Below are positions 20,620 through 33,420 of a DNA stretch of 64,000 nucleotides, one piece after another; the first letter of the stretch is position 1, and each line of letters starts with the position of its first letter. The notes under the pieces are model-generated. The model was not told the origin of the DNA and made no database searches. It saw nothing but the letters and a program-made list of their open reading frames with translations. The position numbers and the translations under genes are program-made. Source of the stretch: Anthoceros angustus (taxonomy: Eukaryota; Plantae; Anthocerotophyta); NCBI GenBank assembly GCA_010909165.1, contig MU008181.1:1-64000 (forward strand). The letters run 5' to 3'.

Positions 20620-23600
20620 TGCATTCATGGCATATGTTCTTTTGATGTGAAAAGCTTGGCATTCTGCGGTGTGGAGCGTACATACGCGCGATACGGTGCA
20701 AATGCACGGAGAGGAGGCGGGGCGGTCAGCGATGCGTTGTGTGGCAAGGTTTCCGGCATGGATTGTGCGGTATCGCCGATTGTGCGAGAATAGCCGACTT
20801 GTGGCGGTGGAAGTTTCTCAAGCTGATTGGGGTGGTTACGCCCATGATGGCCTCTCCTTGTAGTCAGCAGCGGTATTGTGAGAGGAAGCGTCTGCGGAGA
20901 GGCGAGCTTTGGCGAAGCTGCGAGCAGTAAAGCGAGGAATGAACCGGTGGACATAGTAGGCAGCAGTGCGGCACATCGACCTCCACCTCCACAAGCCGAG
21001 TGCGTGTCGGCGCGATGATGCAGCGTTATTTCAAGGTCGTTGGGGTTGATACACAATCTCGCGCAACTAGCAAGGAGCTTGGAGCAATTCTTGCGGATGA
21101 CAAGTGAGTTCTCGGTGCAATGTCGTGAGATCTATAGTACTTTTGAAGAGCTTCCTCAAGGACTTTCGTACTCCCGCAGGGAAAGATGAAGAGTTGTTCT
21201 TGTTCTGAGGAATATGAGCCTGACATGTAAGAATTTGAAGGATGTTCGGTCGGCGATCACTGCGAGCGAAATACGCTCTGGAATATCATTTTGTCGCGGG
21301 TCCGGATGACCATCGATTCCCAGCCAAGCACATTGGTGTGTGAGTCGAGCGATCCGATCTGCAGCGAAATTGCGGGGTGGGAAGGATTGTCGGGGCCAAG
21401 GTATGTGGTGCGGGTCCGGAAGGAAGCTTAGGTCTGATGTGATCTCGGATGATGTGAAAGCCAGCATTCTGCAATTCTGGGAGCTCGCCTCTCGACCTTC
21501 CTCCAACACAAAGGACACCAAGCGCCTACGTACCGGACCAAACACTTTTGACCAGCACATCATCCACTTCTTGGATACTTCACAGGTGAGATGAATATGC
21601 TGTACCCGGATTCCATGCTTGTGTTGTGAGTGCGAACCTTCATCATGTCCCTCACCTTCCATGCTTGTTTGTACTTCACGGTGTCGTTATATGTTAGCAC
21701 TACCTTCCAAATTCATGTTTGACTCTTGGGCATGATGGTATTGGGGTCGATGAGGGTGTTCACGTAGGCTTCTCGTATGCATCTTGGTGTTGTGATTTAG
21801 GGACCGGTGATATGGGGTGGATGAGTTGGTGTTGGCGGAAGGGCTATGTGATGCCTGTATGGCCTTGTGATGGTTTGGGCTGATTGGTGATGTTGATTCC
21901 TGACTGGTTATGTTTTGGGCGGCAAGGGCGGGTTCCCAGTTTGGTGTGGGGAGGGCGGGTGTTGTGGTTGCTTGCGTGATTGGGGTCGCTGGGTGATTTT
22001 AGTGGCGTGGATGATGTGCGGGACACTGGTGATGTGGTGGTCTATCTTGTTGATTGATGCGTTGGTGATGTGGATGATGGCATGGTGATAAGGTGGACGG
22101 ATTGGTGATGTCATGGAGTAGGTGGTGCTCTGTTTGCAGCACTTAGTGATGTGGTGGATGTGTTGGTGTTGTGGATGATGGAATGGTGATCACATGCGGT
22201 TTGGTGATGTTTTGGAGTTGTTCCATTTTAGTTTGCACCACTTGGTGACCTCGTGTCCGTCGTTGGAAGTGTGTTGCACGTTTTGATATTGGCCATCCCA
22301 TCGGTGATACCACCGTTCTGCGATGTATGTAATGAAATCGCTCGTGATGTGTGCGGGAATTCTACTGCGGTTCTGAAGAGCATCGACATTTCAATTGGGC
22401 GAACTTTTGAGAAATTGAAGCCGTATTTTGTGAAGAGCCTGCGAGGCGGAACTTGTCTTTGTCGGTCATGTGGAAATGGCCTTTCGCTTCTCAATGCTAT
22501 GCTATGCGGTTGTCTTTCAAGTGTGCATCCAGTCAATGTCCATGTGACATATGTGCTCCCAAGGTGACGGGCTTGTTCAAGAGTGTAGTCAGCAACACAT
22601 GTGTTGTATCTGTCGAGGATGTTGTCGAAATTGCTTTGTGTGCGAAGGAGGCAAGCTGGATGGCACAACCTCGCATGTTTTGGGCACTTGTGGTGGCGTG
22701 GGGTGGGGCAAATTGGCTTCGAGTCATCGAATGATAAGCTTCCTCATCGTCCTCGGTGGCGCCGTTTTCAATACCAAGTCGTTGGTTCGAAGATGGGCAT
22801 GAGAAGAAGCGGATCAAACTTGTTTTCATGGAGACTCATCCGGTGATTTTGTCATGTACTTGAAAGAAAAATTGAAAGAGTTCATCACCGCGATTTTGTG
22901 CGTGATAGCAAGGTTGGAATTTCGTGCTTGGAGTGGTTCCGTTGTCGTCTGTCATGGACTTGATCGAACTATGCGTTTGGTGTTCAAAGCGAAATTCAAT
23001 CTATGCATTGGCATAATGACCAGTTTCGATTTTGTCTTGGTGTTCTATAGGAGGTCCAATTGATGATGCAGGAACGGCTGCTAACATCGACAAATACTAT
23101 CACTTCTACATCGGTGATGATATGGTCCACTGCTGTTTACAGCCGCCTCATGTTGCATTGGCGGTGGATGCTCGGGTTTCCTGCCGGGAACATTGGTGTT
23201 GATGCGATGGGGCGCTAGTCAATTTAAAGCATGTAGGCCTTCTTACTTTGTTGCCCGGTACCCTAGCTTGACTGGTGGTTGCAAGATGCTATGGTCGTTC
23301 TTTGGCGTGGGCATGGCAAAGGCGAACATATGAGAGCAGTGCAATCTTGAAAAGGGCATTGCGGTGCGAGTCCTCTCCATGCTCCTCATTGCGATGCCTC
23401 GATGTTGTCACCTACTTAAGAGAACATCTCGGTGCAACAACCGTCTGAGTGGAGAGCATCGTCCATAGGAGCTTCGTGATTGGGAAAAGCGAGGTGAGCA
23501 GGAGGAACAAGTTTAATTGTGACAGGTCAAAAAATGCATAGCATATATGGTTTCGGCCTGAGACCCAACTCAAGCGAAAATGCATGTTGGCATGTACAGT

Positions 23601-24040
23601 TGTCTTGATCGCATTCTCTATGTGAATCGCCCATGCAGGATCTCGGAGACTCGTATCCATTAGGCCACATGGACAACCCGGAAGGAGCCCGTACTCGGAG
23701 AAGAGGCCGGGATCTTGATGCGGATACCTTTCGCGTTTGCTACTCGGGAGGAACAAGGAGCTTTGGAAACTACCGTTGATGGCCTTACGATGATGCTATG
23801 GAGGATGTCGGACATGGCCGACCTCCTGAAGTTGGTGATACGTTTGTTGTGCACGCCGACGCCGAAGGCGAGGGGCAATTGTTTTACCTTGTCGTTGCAC
23901 CGCTTGAAGCAAACCCTCTTGTGTAACAAGTGGTGCCCTTGGAGCAACTCAACATTCCGAGTGGGAGAAGTGGTTGTCGCCGCGATACACACTCCACACG
24001 ACGGCGTCTGTGTACACAGGTGAAGAGAATGAGAGTGCAC
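20620..24040 (+). mobile_element. Degenerate intron-containing DNA transposase, Sola-like DDD motif pattern
   Basis: Frame-corrected motifs: FWELASRPSSNTKD...FLDTSQ then gtgag donor (~21470-21590); IGRTFEKLKPYFVKSLRGGTCLC (~22390-22470); VMD..NYAFGVQSEIQSMHWHNDQ (~22945-23025); YHFYIGDD; CDGA.SQFKACR (~23200-23240); FFG.GHGKGEH (~23300-23330); C-terminal VGDTFVVHADAEGEG. Superfamily assignment is from memory of motif patterns, not a search. Confidence 0.65.
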
Positions 24041-26619
24041 CCTTCATGCGTGTCCTAAGTTGCAAGATTGAATTGCGGGTGTACACGATAGTGAAGGTGT
24101 GGAGTGCTATTCTTTAGAGGGGAAGCTCTCGTGAGTGACCACCTTGGTAAGAGAAAGCAACTCGAGCCTTGTGCTAGAAAGCACATGTGATTGGTCTCCC
24201 TCTTATGAGGCCCACGTTTGGCAAACATAACCACGCGACCACCAAAGCGGCTGGTCACTAACTATTTGCTCACTAACCAGTTGTCACTAACGGTGGCGCC
24301 AGTGCACCGAAGTTATTTTGCAAATGGGTCTTGTCCATGTTAACACGTTGATACATGGCTTCTTTAGGGTCTGAAGGTCCAAGCGGGATGCACAAGATAT
24401 GCCCGATTGCATTCATGCAAAACACTTATTCGTGGAATTTGCTTACAAGGGCATTTGCATTAAAAGTTGAGTTCTGGTCTCGGGACACATGATTATCCGC
24501 CACACGTTGAAGCCCACTTTCGCCAATTGACCCCGGCGTGGTGTCCACGGCCTTGTCCTTGGTGGCACATAGTCAGGCTTTAAATGGCGTGGCCCCTGGC
24601 GGGGTCAGTCCGCGCATCTTTCGCCTTGAGCTACAGAGAATGCAATGGCCGCCATGTGCTCTAACTTGGGTCTTGTGATTTGTCGAACCCACTGCACCGC
24701 CGCAGCTCCTCTGGTTCCGCCCTTGATCTGGGAGAAGCCATGGGCAGGAGGCAAGGAGCTTGATGGAAGGCGAAGGTTTTGGCAATGCGGTTCAAGATCG
24801 GCCGTGAGGCGGTGGCGCGGCGGCGTTCTTGGGCCGAAGAGGGAGCGTGGATCGCCATATGCCGGGAAGACCTCAAGTCGCTCGGCAATTGCGGAGGAAG
24901 GGATGTCGACCGTGTTGTTGAGGATGATTGTGACATGGGCGGTTATAGACAATGAATCAAGGATGGCGGTGGAAAGTGGCGACTCTTGATGGCGGGTTTG
25001 CCCTACGCAATGGAAGCATCTTTGTGCTACGGTCTTGTGATTGGGGCCGTCTTCCACATTCTTTTGGATAGCCGGACATGGCGTGCATGTTGTTGTGCCG
25101 AAGCCCTTTTAGGCGGCGTGCTTGGATGTAGTTGTTACCCAAGCCTCGTAACTTGATCCCTCCCGGTATGAACTGAGTTGGAAAGGATGTTGTGTGGCAT
25201 GTGCTAATGCAAGACGGGTTGAAGGCATGTTTCGTTAATGTCAAGTGCAGGTAAATCTTGTTGCCTCATGTCGGCAAGTTTATCGGACCATTGTATGTGG
25301 ATCAACCAAAAAAAAACGGGCCTCCTTAACAACCCTACATTTAGGCATGGGTGCCTAGAAACTCAAAACCACGCCGCAGTGCCGACCATACCAGCCAAGA
25401 CAATCACTTGGCTCAGTCCCTCCTTGTCATGCTCCCTCTTAGCCACCCAGTCGGATATTTGGCGATTGTGGGGCTCGGCCAATACACTGGATGTCTTGCG
25501 GGGTAGCCTTGGGATGGCGATCATCAAGTTTGTTGCCAAAACCATGTCCTCCTCTATTGCGGTGGGGTGACCACGGACACACACAGTTAAGGGCTGGTAC
25601 ACCCTCGAATTTGGCTCGCTCGTAATAATAAGCCATGATCACCCTCGCCAATAGGAAACACCTTGCCGCTTTGCCATGCTTTGTCGAAAAGCGGCTTGGC
25701 TAAATGGCGGCCGCGTCGATACACATAGCACATAGAACTCCACATGCTCTACATTTCCCTTGGGAGCCCGGCACCATAAAGTTACTACCGCAGGAGTGTC
25801 ACTCATAAGACCTTGAGGCATGGGTGGGCGGGCACTTCATCCACATTCTCTGTGACCATTGAGCACCCTTGTTTCCACGGATGTTTCTTTTGGGGGCTGT
25901 TTCCCATTCTTCCTCCTCGGCTTGAACTTGGCCAGGAGGTGGCGTCTCTCGGACTCCATGCATGCTCTCCTTTCCTTCATTGGTTTTTTCGATTACTGCC
26001 GAACTCATCAACCATTTCAAAAGTCACCATTTCATTCGCAGCCCACCTTCTTCATTGGGCATGATGGGCCCACCACCACTTGCAAGAACACCGTCACGTC
26101 GACCAAGCGGTGAAGAGCACGGACATTGATTCACAGTTGCAAGTATGTTCCGGATCGGTGCCGCGCCTCCACATCGCCGGGATGCTCCAAAAGTTTTTGA
26201 TGTTCGTGATTGAGGCGTCATCACAACCCTATCTCGCTATAACGATTGGCACCAATCATCACGGTATGCGCCACCCTCATACGGATCTCCACACCACACC
26301 AGCTGCAAAGCGGTGGACATCACCGGTTGTCGTCAATGCCAAATGGACACTTGGTCCACCGTCACTTGCCACATGATCCAAGATATTGGTCACGGTAGAA
26401 CACCACGACTCCTCCGCGATTCGTCACATTTATCAACACATTCAATTGCGGCCACCTCCAAGTTATCACTTGATTCACAAGACTACCACAACCATTTCAT
26501 CACCTACATCCACACCTCCACTCGAATACCGGAAGGAAGGCCGTTATCATCATAATAAGAGATCGCAATACACCCGTGACCAACGAGGCGATGGTGCCAC
26601 CGTTGTAGCTTGTCTTGTG

Positions 26620-27520
26620 GTCATCCTGCATAGCGGACAAACATGTACTCAAAGTGTAGAACAATATCTAGTTTCAACAAAGCAATGCCCTCACAAACCC
26701 ACACGATGTCCTTCGAGGAACACACACATGCCAACTTGTGCATTCCTCACCAACTTCAACCCTGAGGACCTTGTGTCTGGCCTTGGTGGAGTAGGAGCTA
26801 TGTCCAGAGCGGAGGGCTCGTGTGGTCACTGTGGGGACAACGTCATCTTCAATTTGTGAGTCTAGCACCACTATGTACTGAGTAATCGCTGCCCAAACAT
26901 GCGCGAACAACACGAGGCTTCTCCCTCCGGGCATTGGGGTCTGAAGGAATTCACGTAGGCTTCATGTGCCTCCCTTCGGGCCTTGCAAGCAGCAAATTCA
27001 TCAGCTACGGTGCGAGAAATACGTTGACATCGCGTCGAGGTTGGCATAATTGCACCTGGACGAGTTCGAGATCTGTGTATGACAAAATTTAGTCGAGCGG
27101 ACTTCCAAGAAAATGGACAAGACAACAACAAACCTGGAGGCATGGAACATACATATTGGAGACTCAAGATTTTTTGCTCTGGGTGTGGCCAACCAATTCT
27201 TCGGTGATTGTGACTCAATGTCTTTCCATCGCATGTCATGGTCGCCGGGTCTCCAATGCACTCGAGGAACTCTTTCTCCCAAGTGTCTCGCTGGTCCTGT
27301 TCCCATGGAAGGAGCTTCTCCTCTTTGATCACCAACCCTTCGCTCTCAACCATGATGCAGGCACATCGGCATTGCACCACTGGGCGTGGGCAGGCAATGT
27401 TTGTCAAGTGCACATCTGAGATATCGTGGAAGCAATGGCCACATGGGAGTGAACACCATCTCGTTACAGGCGTACCACACCATGACACACATTACACTTT
27501 AGGACACACGAGCTTGCGGC
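26620..27520 (-). pseudogene. Passenger ORF with two degenerate RING-finger-like motifs
   Basis: CNVC...SLPCGHCFH...IACP (~27380-27500, partly in ORF 26871..27488), and a second GHCF...VCPLCR (~26625-26745) in another frame. Confidence 0.5.
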
Positions 27521-30059
27521 TTTGAAGGAAAACCACGGTTGCGTGAGAAAGGGATCACCTTGGCTTGGCACCACATGACTAGGTGGTGCCAAGGCCACCT
27601 CTGTCCGCCACCCCACCACTACATCACCAAGTCCGGAACCCATCCACGAGAAACCATGACATCACCGAGCCACCACCGCCCACCAACCTACCACTACATC
27701 ACGAATGCCACCACCGACCTACCCCTCTGAAGGCCACTGCACACAAGCCATGCACTACATCACCAAGGCCACCAAAAGCTCACGGGACACCATGAACACA
27801 GACCAATTCCTCACCATCCGTCAAGTGATCACCCACCCTTCCACCGGAGAACACATGAGTCACCACCCCTTGAGCACCCCTACCACCACCTCACCATCCG
27901 TGAAGCGTCACCGGAGCACCCAACCTGCGGCACATCACCATAAGGAAAACATCGGTCACGGACACCTCGTCCCGTGTGCAAGAAGAATCCACACTTACGT
28001 ACAAACACTGCGCCGTTACGCGGGGCATGACTTGGCGGGAGGCGGGGGCCGACACCCACCGTGATCCATGTTACATGCCCTGTTGAAGCAGCTGGAGAAC
28101 ATCCCTCATGTTTTCAAGAGAAGCGGGGTGTCCGGAGCTTGTTCCTCAGTTTTCTCCTTCAAGGTGAAACACCCTCGGAATATTTAGTTTTGTCAAGCAC
28201 GAATTTGAATCTTGTCTGAGTCTCGAATACTCTCGTCGTGCCCTCCACTATTCATGACCATGTTGGACCTTGGTGTTGCCCAAATCCAAGAGTGCCTCCT
28301 CCCATCTTTTGACAAAAGCCTCCTCCATGACACAAGCTTCCAACTCTGCATTTTCCACAGACCTCATCCATGACAACCTTTGGTGCCCATGGCTCAAGAC
28401 ACAGCCTGGCCGGTGTCACTTTTCTCGCCTGCGCAATCAATTGGAGACTCCTCGTCTCCCTTCTTGCCGCCTCCTCTTCTACATTCTTTGCGGCGGAGGT
28501 CCGTCCTTCTTCATGGCCTTCTTCCCTCTTCCCAACTCAGAGCTCCGGAGATTCTTTGGGAGGATCGCCTCGTGGTCATTCTGCAGCTCACTTTGACGAG
28601 TGGAACACTCTTCCACATCAACCTCCGCTCCCGCATCATCACGCCACCACAGTTGTGAAGAATCGTTGTATTCTCTGCGGATGGGACTTCCACTGTGATT
28701 TCTTCTCCATCGCATCGCCTTATCACCTTCCTCTTCTCAGCTAAATAGTACTCAAACCAATTCGCTTGCCAAGCTTCTTCTCGATTAGGAACCCAAGTGC
28801 CACAAATGGCACCCTTTATCTGTGACCGTGGGAGCCCATCTGACTTCTCAACAAGACTATCAACATCGTCCACTCTATATGGGGCCGGTAGGTGATCCCC
28901 AAGAGGTATCCATCGTTCCCATTAGTGACATCCCCAAAATGCCTCTTGATCTCATCTTCACCTCAATAGCCTCCTTTAGTCCAACGTAGTTGACCACATT
29001 CACACCGTAGTTGACAATTCCATATCACGTAGTGCCAACACCAATGCTCAGATTTTTCGAGAATCGTGTCCTTGCGAGCCGCCTTTGCGGCTCTATCCAA
29101 CCTAGCCTTCTGGCGCCTAGCGTTCTGTCCATCTTGCTTGCAGGCGCTTGACCGGGTATGTAGCTCCACCACCTGTTACCCAGCCTTCACCCTACTCGTT
29201 GCTAGTGACATGGTGTCCTTCACCTCTGAAGTGTGCCTTGTCACGCACTCCCGTTTTGCGCACCGCAGTGCTCCTCGAGGCGGATGCCAGCGGTAGAACC
29301 CACCGCCTATTACTGCTGCAAGGCTCCCAAATCCGTAGTAGAAAGATTCGACTCAAGCGGGTTGCGCGATCCGCCGTCACACCTACTATTCAGCTCTAGC
29401 GAGAAGACATATAGGACTCACGGAAAACCTGGCTGTGGTTCGCAGGTTCTCTTGGCGCACCCGGCTCCGTTCCACGAAAAGGCGCCGCGTGACGGACCCA
29501 ACGCCTCTGCACAAAGCCACCGCCCGCTGCACACCGAGCTACCGTCGGCCGTAAGCGGTTCCCGCGACCTGCGCTGATCCGCCCACACCACCACCTATTG
29601 CGCATAGCTCTAGCAAAACCCATGTAGGGACTCCACATGGGCGACAATCCTGCCGTCAAGGTTGAGCTCGCGATTCGGTGATGCATGCACAAATCCAATG
29701 CTTGTGAGTCTCAACATTAGAGCCGGTGATGGAAGTGGATAACCTCATTATCACCCTTAAAAGTCACGAGCATCCGCTCGTTTCCGCCTCACTTCCCCTT
29801 GTCGGTCACTTACGAGTTTGTATAATAAATTGTCCCTAGCATATATAGCAAGACTTAAACCAATAATATATCAAATAAATCAATTTTCCAAATAAAAAAT
29901 TAAATATATCTATGAGTTAAGCAGAATAGCCCTAAAATATCGGTCAAAAGTGGGCATAATTTCAATTGTTAAGAAATCTGAACGTAATGCAAAACACCAC
30001 TTAGAGACGGTTTCGCCCGTTTCCGAAATTAGTGGTCACCTAACCATGCTCACACCCTT

Positions 30060-33000
30060 CAAACCGACCAGAAAGCAAGACCTTCACTCGGGTAATCCCT
30101 TCCAGGTCTGTCCCTAAAAGTATACAATCATCTACGTACAGGGCTAATATGACAAAACCTGTTTGCTCTTGCAGAAGGTACACATTAGTATCAGCTGTGC
30201 TTTTGAGGAAACCTAGACCTAAGAGAAACTCATCTATACACTCATACCATGCCGAGGACTACATTTTAGATTAGATTGTCTTTGCTTGGCTGACATACCC
30301 ATTTCCCTCAACCTCAAATCCCTCAGTTCTTTGCATAAATATGTCCTCCTCTAATTTCCCATGGAGAAAGGCGGTCTTGACATCCATCGGTGGATGAACA
30401 AGCCAAAGAATGCTGGAGACATAGAGAGCACCTAAGAGGCGAGACTTGACTACGGGGCTAAAAGTGTCATGATAGTCTAAGCCGAGGGAACACTGAAAAC
30501 CACTAACTTCTTTGGCCTTATATAGATAGATCCGTCAGACTTATATTTCAACTTAAACACCCACTTTGAGGTGACAATTTTTCTCCTCAGGCGGAGGAAC
30601 TAGCTTCCAAGTATTGTTCTGTCAATGAGTCATATTCGGACTTGATAGCAGCTTGCCAAAGCTTAGCCTCTGGCCCACTAACTCCTCCTTAACTCACGAG
30701 GTTCATAGCGGGGTCAAGGCTAAATTGACAACATCCACTACCACTTCATCCGATCTTTGAGCCATGAGGTCTAGGGGCACAGAAGTCTTCAACTGCGGTA
30801 TGGGGTTCCTTCCGATTCTCACGTGGTCTATGCACTCGGCGGATCTCTTGGTGGCGAGCGAGGGAGTCTGGGCATCACGCATTCCATGCGGGTTTTCATC
30901 ACAGGTTCACGCGGAGGGGGCAGTGAGTGCGAGGACCTCGGGTTCTTCATCATCGTCACGGGATCGGTGGTGGGAGAGGATCATCAATTGGATCGGTGGA
31001 TCTCCATGATCATGTGGTGCCGGCGACGGAGTGGTTGAGGTAAGTTTGGAGCTATTGCTAATGGATCTACAAATGATGAATCAGTGTCAGGAAACGTCAC
31101 AAAATGCGTCACTAATCTCAACATCCATCTCTGCAGGTTGGCCTTTACCTCAGCCACCTTCGATCAAGAAAATCACCAGGAGGATGAACTGGAGATTCAA
31201 GAACAGAACTCTCATCAAAGGCAATTGTCCTAGCATGAGACACTCGACGGTTAGTGGGATCAAACAACTTGTATCCATGTATCCCTGCGGTGTACCCTAT
31301 GAAAATGTGACGCTTAGATTTGAAAGCAAATTTGTGACGAAGCTTATCTGGTATGTGAGCATATGTTGTACTACCTAACACTCTAAGATGCGACAGATCT
31401 GGTTTGATACCCGTCCATGCTTGAAAGGTGTCTGACCATGAAGAAGAAAGCAAGCGTGAGCAGTTACGAGGTATGTGGCCACTTATGCATACGCCCAAAA
31501 TCTAGCGGTAGTCTCCACGATAGAGAAGGGCTCTAGCATCTGAATTGTGTCTTCTCTCACGTCCATTCATGTCACGAATGATGGGATTGTGAGTTGTCGT
31601 GTTATCCCCCTCTCCTGGCAATAATCCTGAAAGGTTGTGGATAGATACTCTTTCCCATTGTCAGAACGGATACACTTCAATTTATAACCTGTTTGTCTCT
31701 CTGCATATGCGAGGTACCGCTTAAAGCTCTCGAACACCTCACTCTTGTGTCGAAGGAGCTCTATCACAGTGAAATGTGACTTGTCGTCTTCAAACACGAC
31801 AAAATATCTTGCTCCTCCCCAAGAGTTCACAGACATAGGCCCACAGATATCCGTGTGGATTAGGTCTAGTACTTCTGTGGCCTTTCTTGGTTTTCCACTA
31901 CCAAAGTGAGATTTAAATTGTTTACCATGCACACACGCCACACACAAATCAAGGTCAGAAAGTTCCTTCTCACTAAAGCCAGTTACCATCTTCTCTCGAA
32001 GGAGTCTCCTCATAGCTTGTATGTTGGGATGTCCCAAGCGGCAATGCCACTTAAGCGCCTTTGGAATTGCCGACCCATTACTGTATCGGTGACATTGGGC
32101 GCGGGTGGGACATCAGAAGAAAAGTCCAGCAAGTAAAGATCGAACAAAGGGGTCCCTCGAGCAATTACTTTTGATGGTGCTGACAACCTAGAGATATGGC
32201 ATTCGATCCCCTCGAAAGTGATTCGGTACAGACCTGTCTTCCCAAGTGCCATTGTGCTCACCAGATTCTTAGCAAGGGCTGGAACATGTAGAGCACTCTC
32301 CAGAAGTAAGTAACTTCCGTCCTTCAGAGTGATTTGTATAGTTCCTGTTCCCTTGATTGGAATAGTTGAGTTATCTCCTAATACCACGGCTGTCTGATGG
32401 CATGTGGGAGATGGCTCATATGTGATAAAAGACTTCCTCATCGAACACATGTGGTTGGGCTCCTGTCCGAGAACCATTTCGTGACCTTTTGTAGAAAAGT
32501 GAGACATCGACGGCGGGAGTAGAAGCCCTAGGCATGAGCTTCGGTTTGCCTACCTCTTGCACTCTCATCTTTAACTTTCTTCCTATAGTCCTTAACCCAG
32601 TGACTGGTTTCCCACAGTAGTTGCAATTTCCAGGCTTGGAGGTAGAATTGAAGGATGGCTGACCAGAAGGTGACGAGGAGGACATAGCCTGACCTCTACC
32701 CCTGCCATAACCACCTCTACCTCTCCCCCTACCTCTACCATGCCCTCTACCCCTGCCAGAGAACAAGGCTGTATCACTCTGTTTATGTGGGGCATGAGAC
32801 GCAGAAGAACTACCCTTCATTTGTTTTCTATTGGCTTCAAATTGCAGCAAGGCTCCTACAACATACATGCAGAGGTTAGAAGTTGTTGGGGTAGTTAAGG
32901 TGTTCTTGTGCGATGTTTGAAGGCAGGCTAAAATATTCGTAGCTAGGTGGAAGTAAAAGTAGCAGTGAGCTAGCCTTGATTCGGAGATGATAACTCCACA

Positions 33001-33420
33001 GGAAGCAAGTCTGGCTTTCAAAGCCACGAACTTAGAGACATGGCCCTCAGCAGGTCACTCTCCTTCATGCGAAGTGTTTGATATTGCGGTGTAGGCTGCG
33101 ACCTGCACTACCATATCCTTAGTATCATAAGTTTAGGTATGACCACCTCGTTTGAAGTCTCGTCATTCTTATATGAGGTATCATCTCTTGAGACACGGAA
33201 GCCACAAGAATGTTTCTTGCCTTCCATCTTTGTAATTCCATTCTAACTCATCCTTCTTTGTATATTTAGTCAGGTACCCACGGGTGAGAAGTAGGGCGAT
33301 CGACAACTCTCCTTGAACGTCCATCAACAACTCTCCTTGAGCAGTCCATCAACAACATCCATCAAAAGCTTCTCATCTAGGATACAACGCACCACAGGCT
33401 CAGGCATCAAAATTATGTGA
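30060..33420 (-). mobile_element. Ty1/copia retrotransposon (copia-2), decayed, RT truncated
   Basis: Gag with RGRG tract and CNYCGKP zinc knuckle (32416..33027); protease region VVLGDNSTIPIKGTG (32010..32507); integrase LDLIHTDICGP, IRSDNGKEY (31567..32037); RT MDVKTAFLHG (~30365-30395) and LYVDD (30128-30139). Confidence 0.93.
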
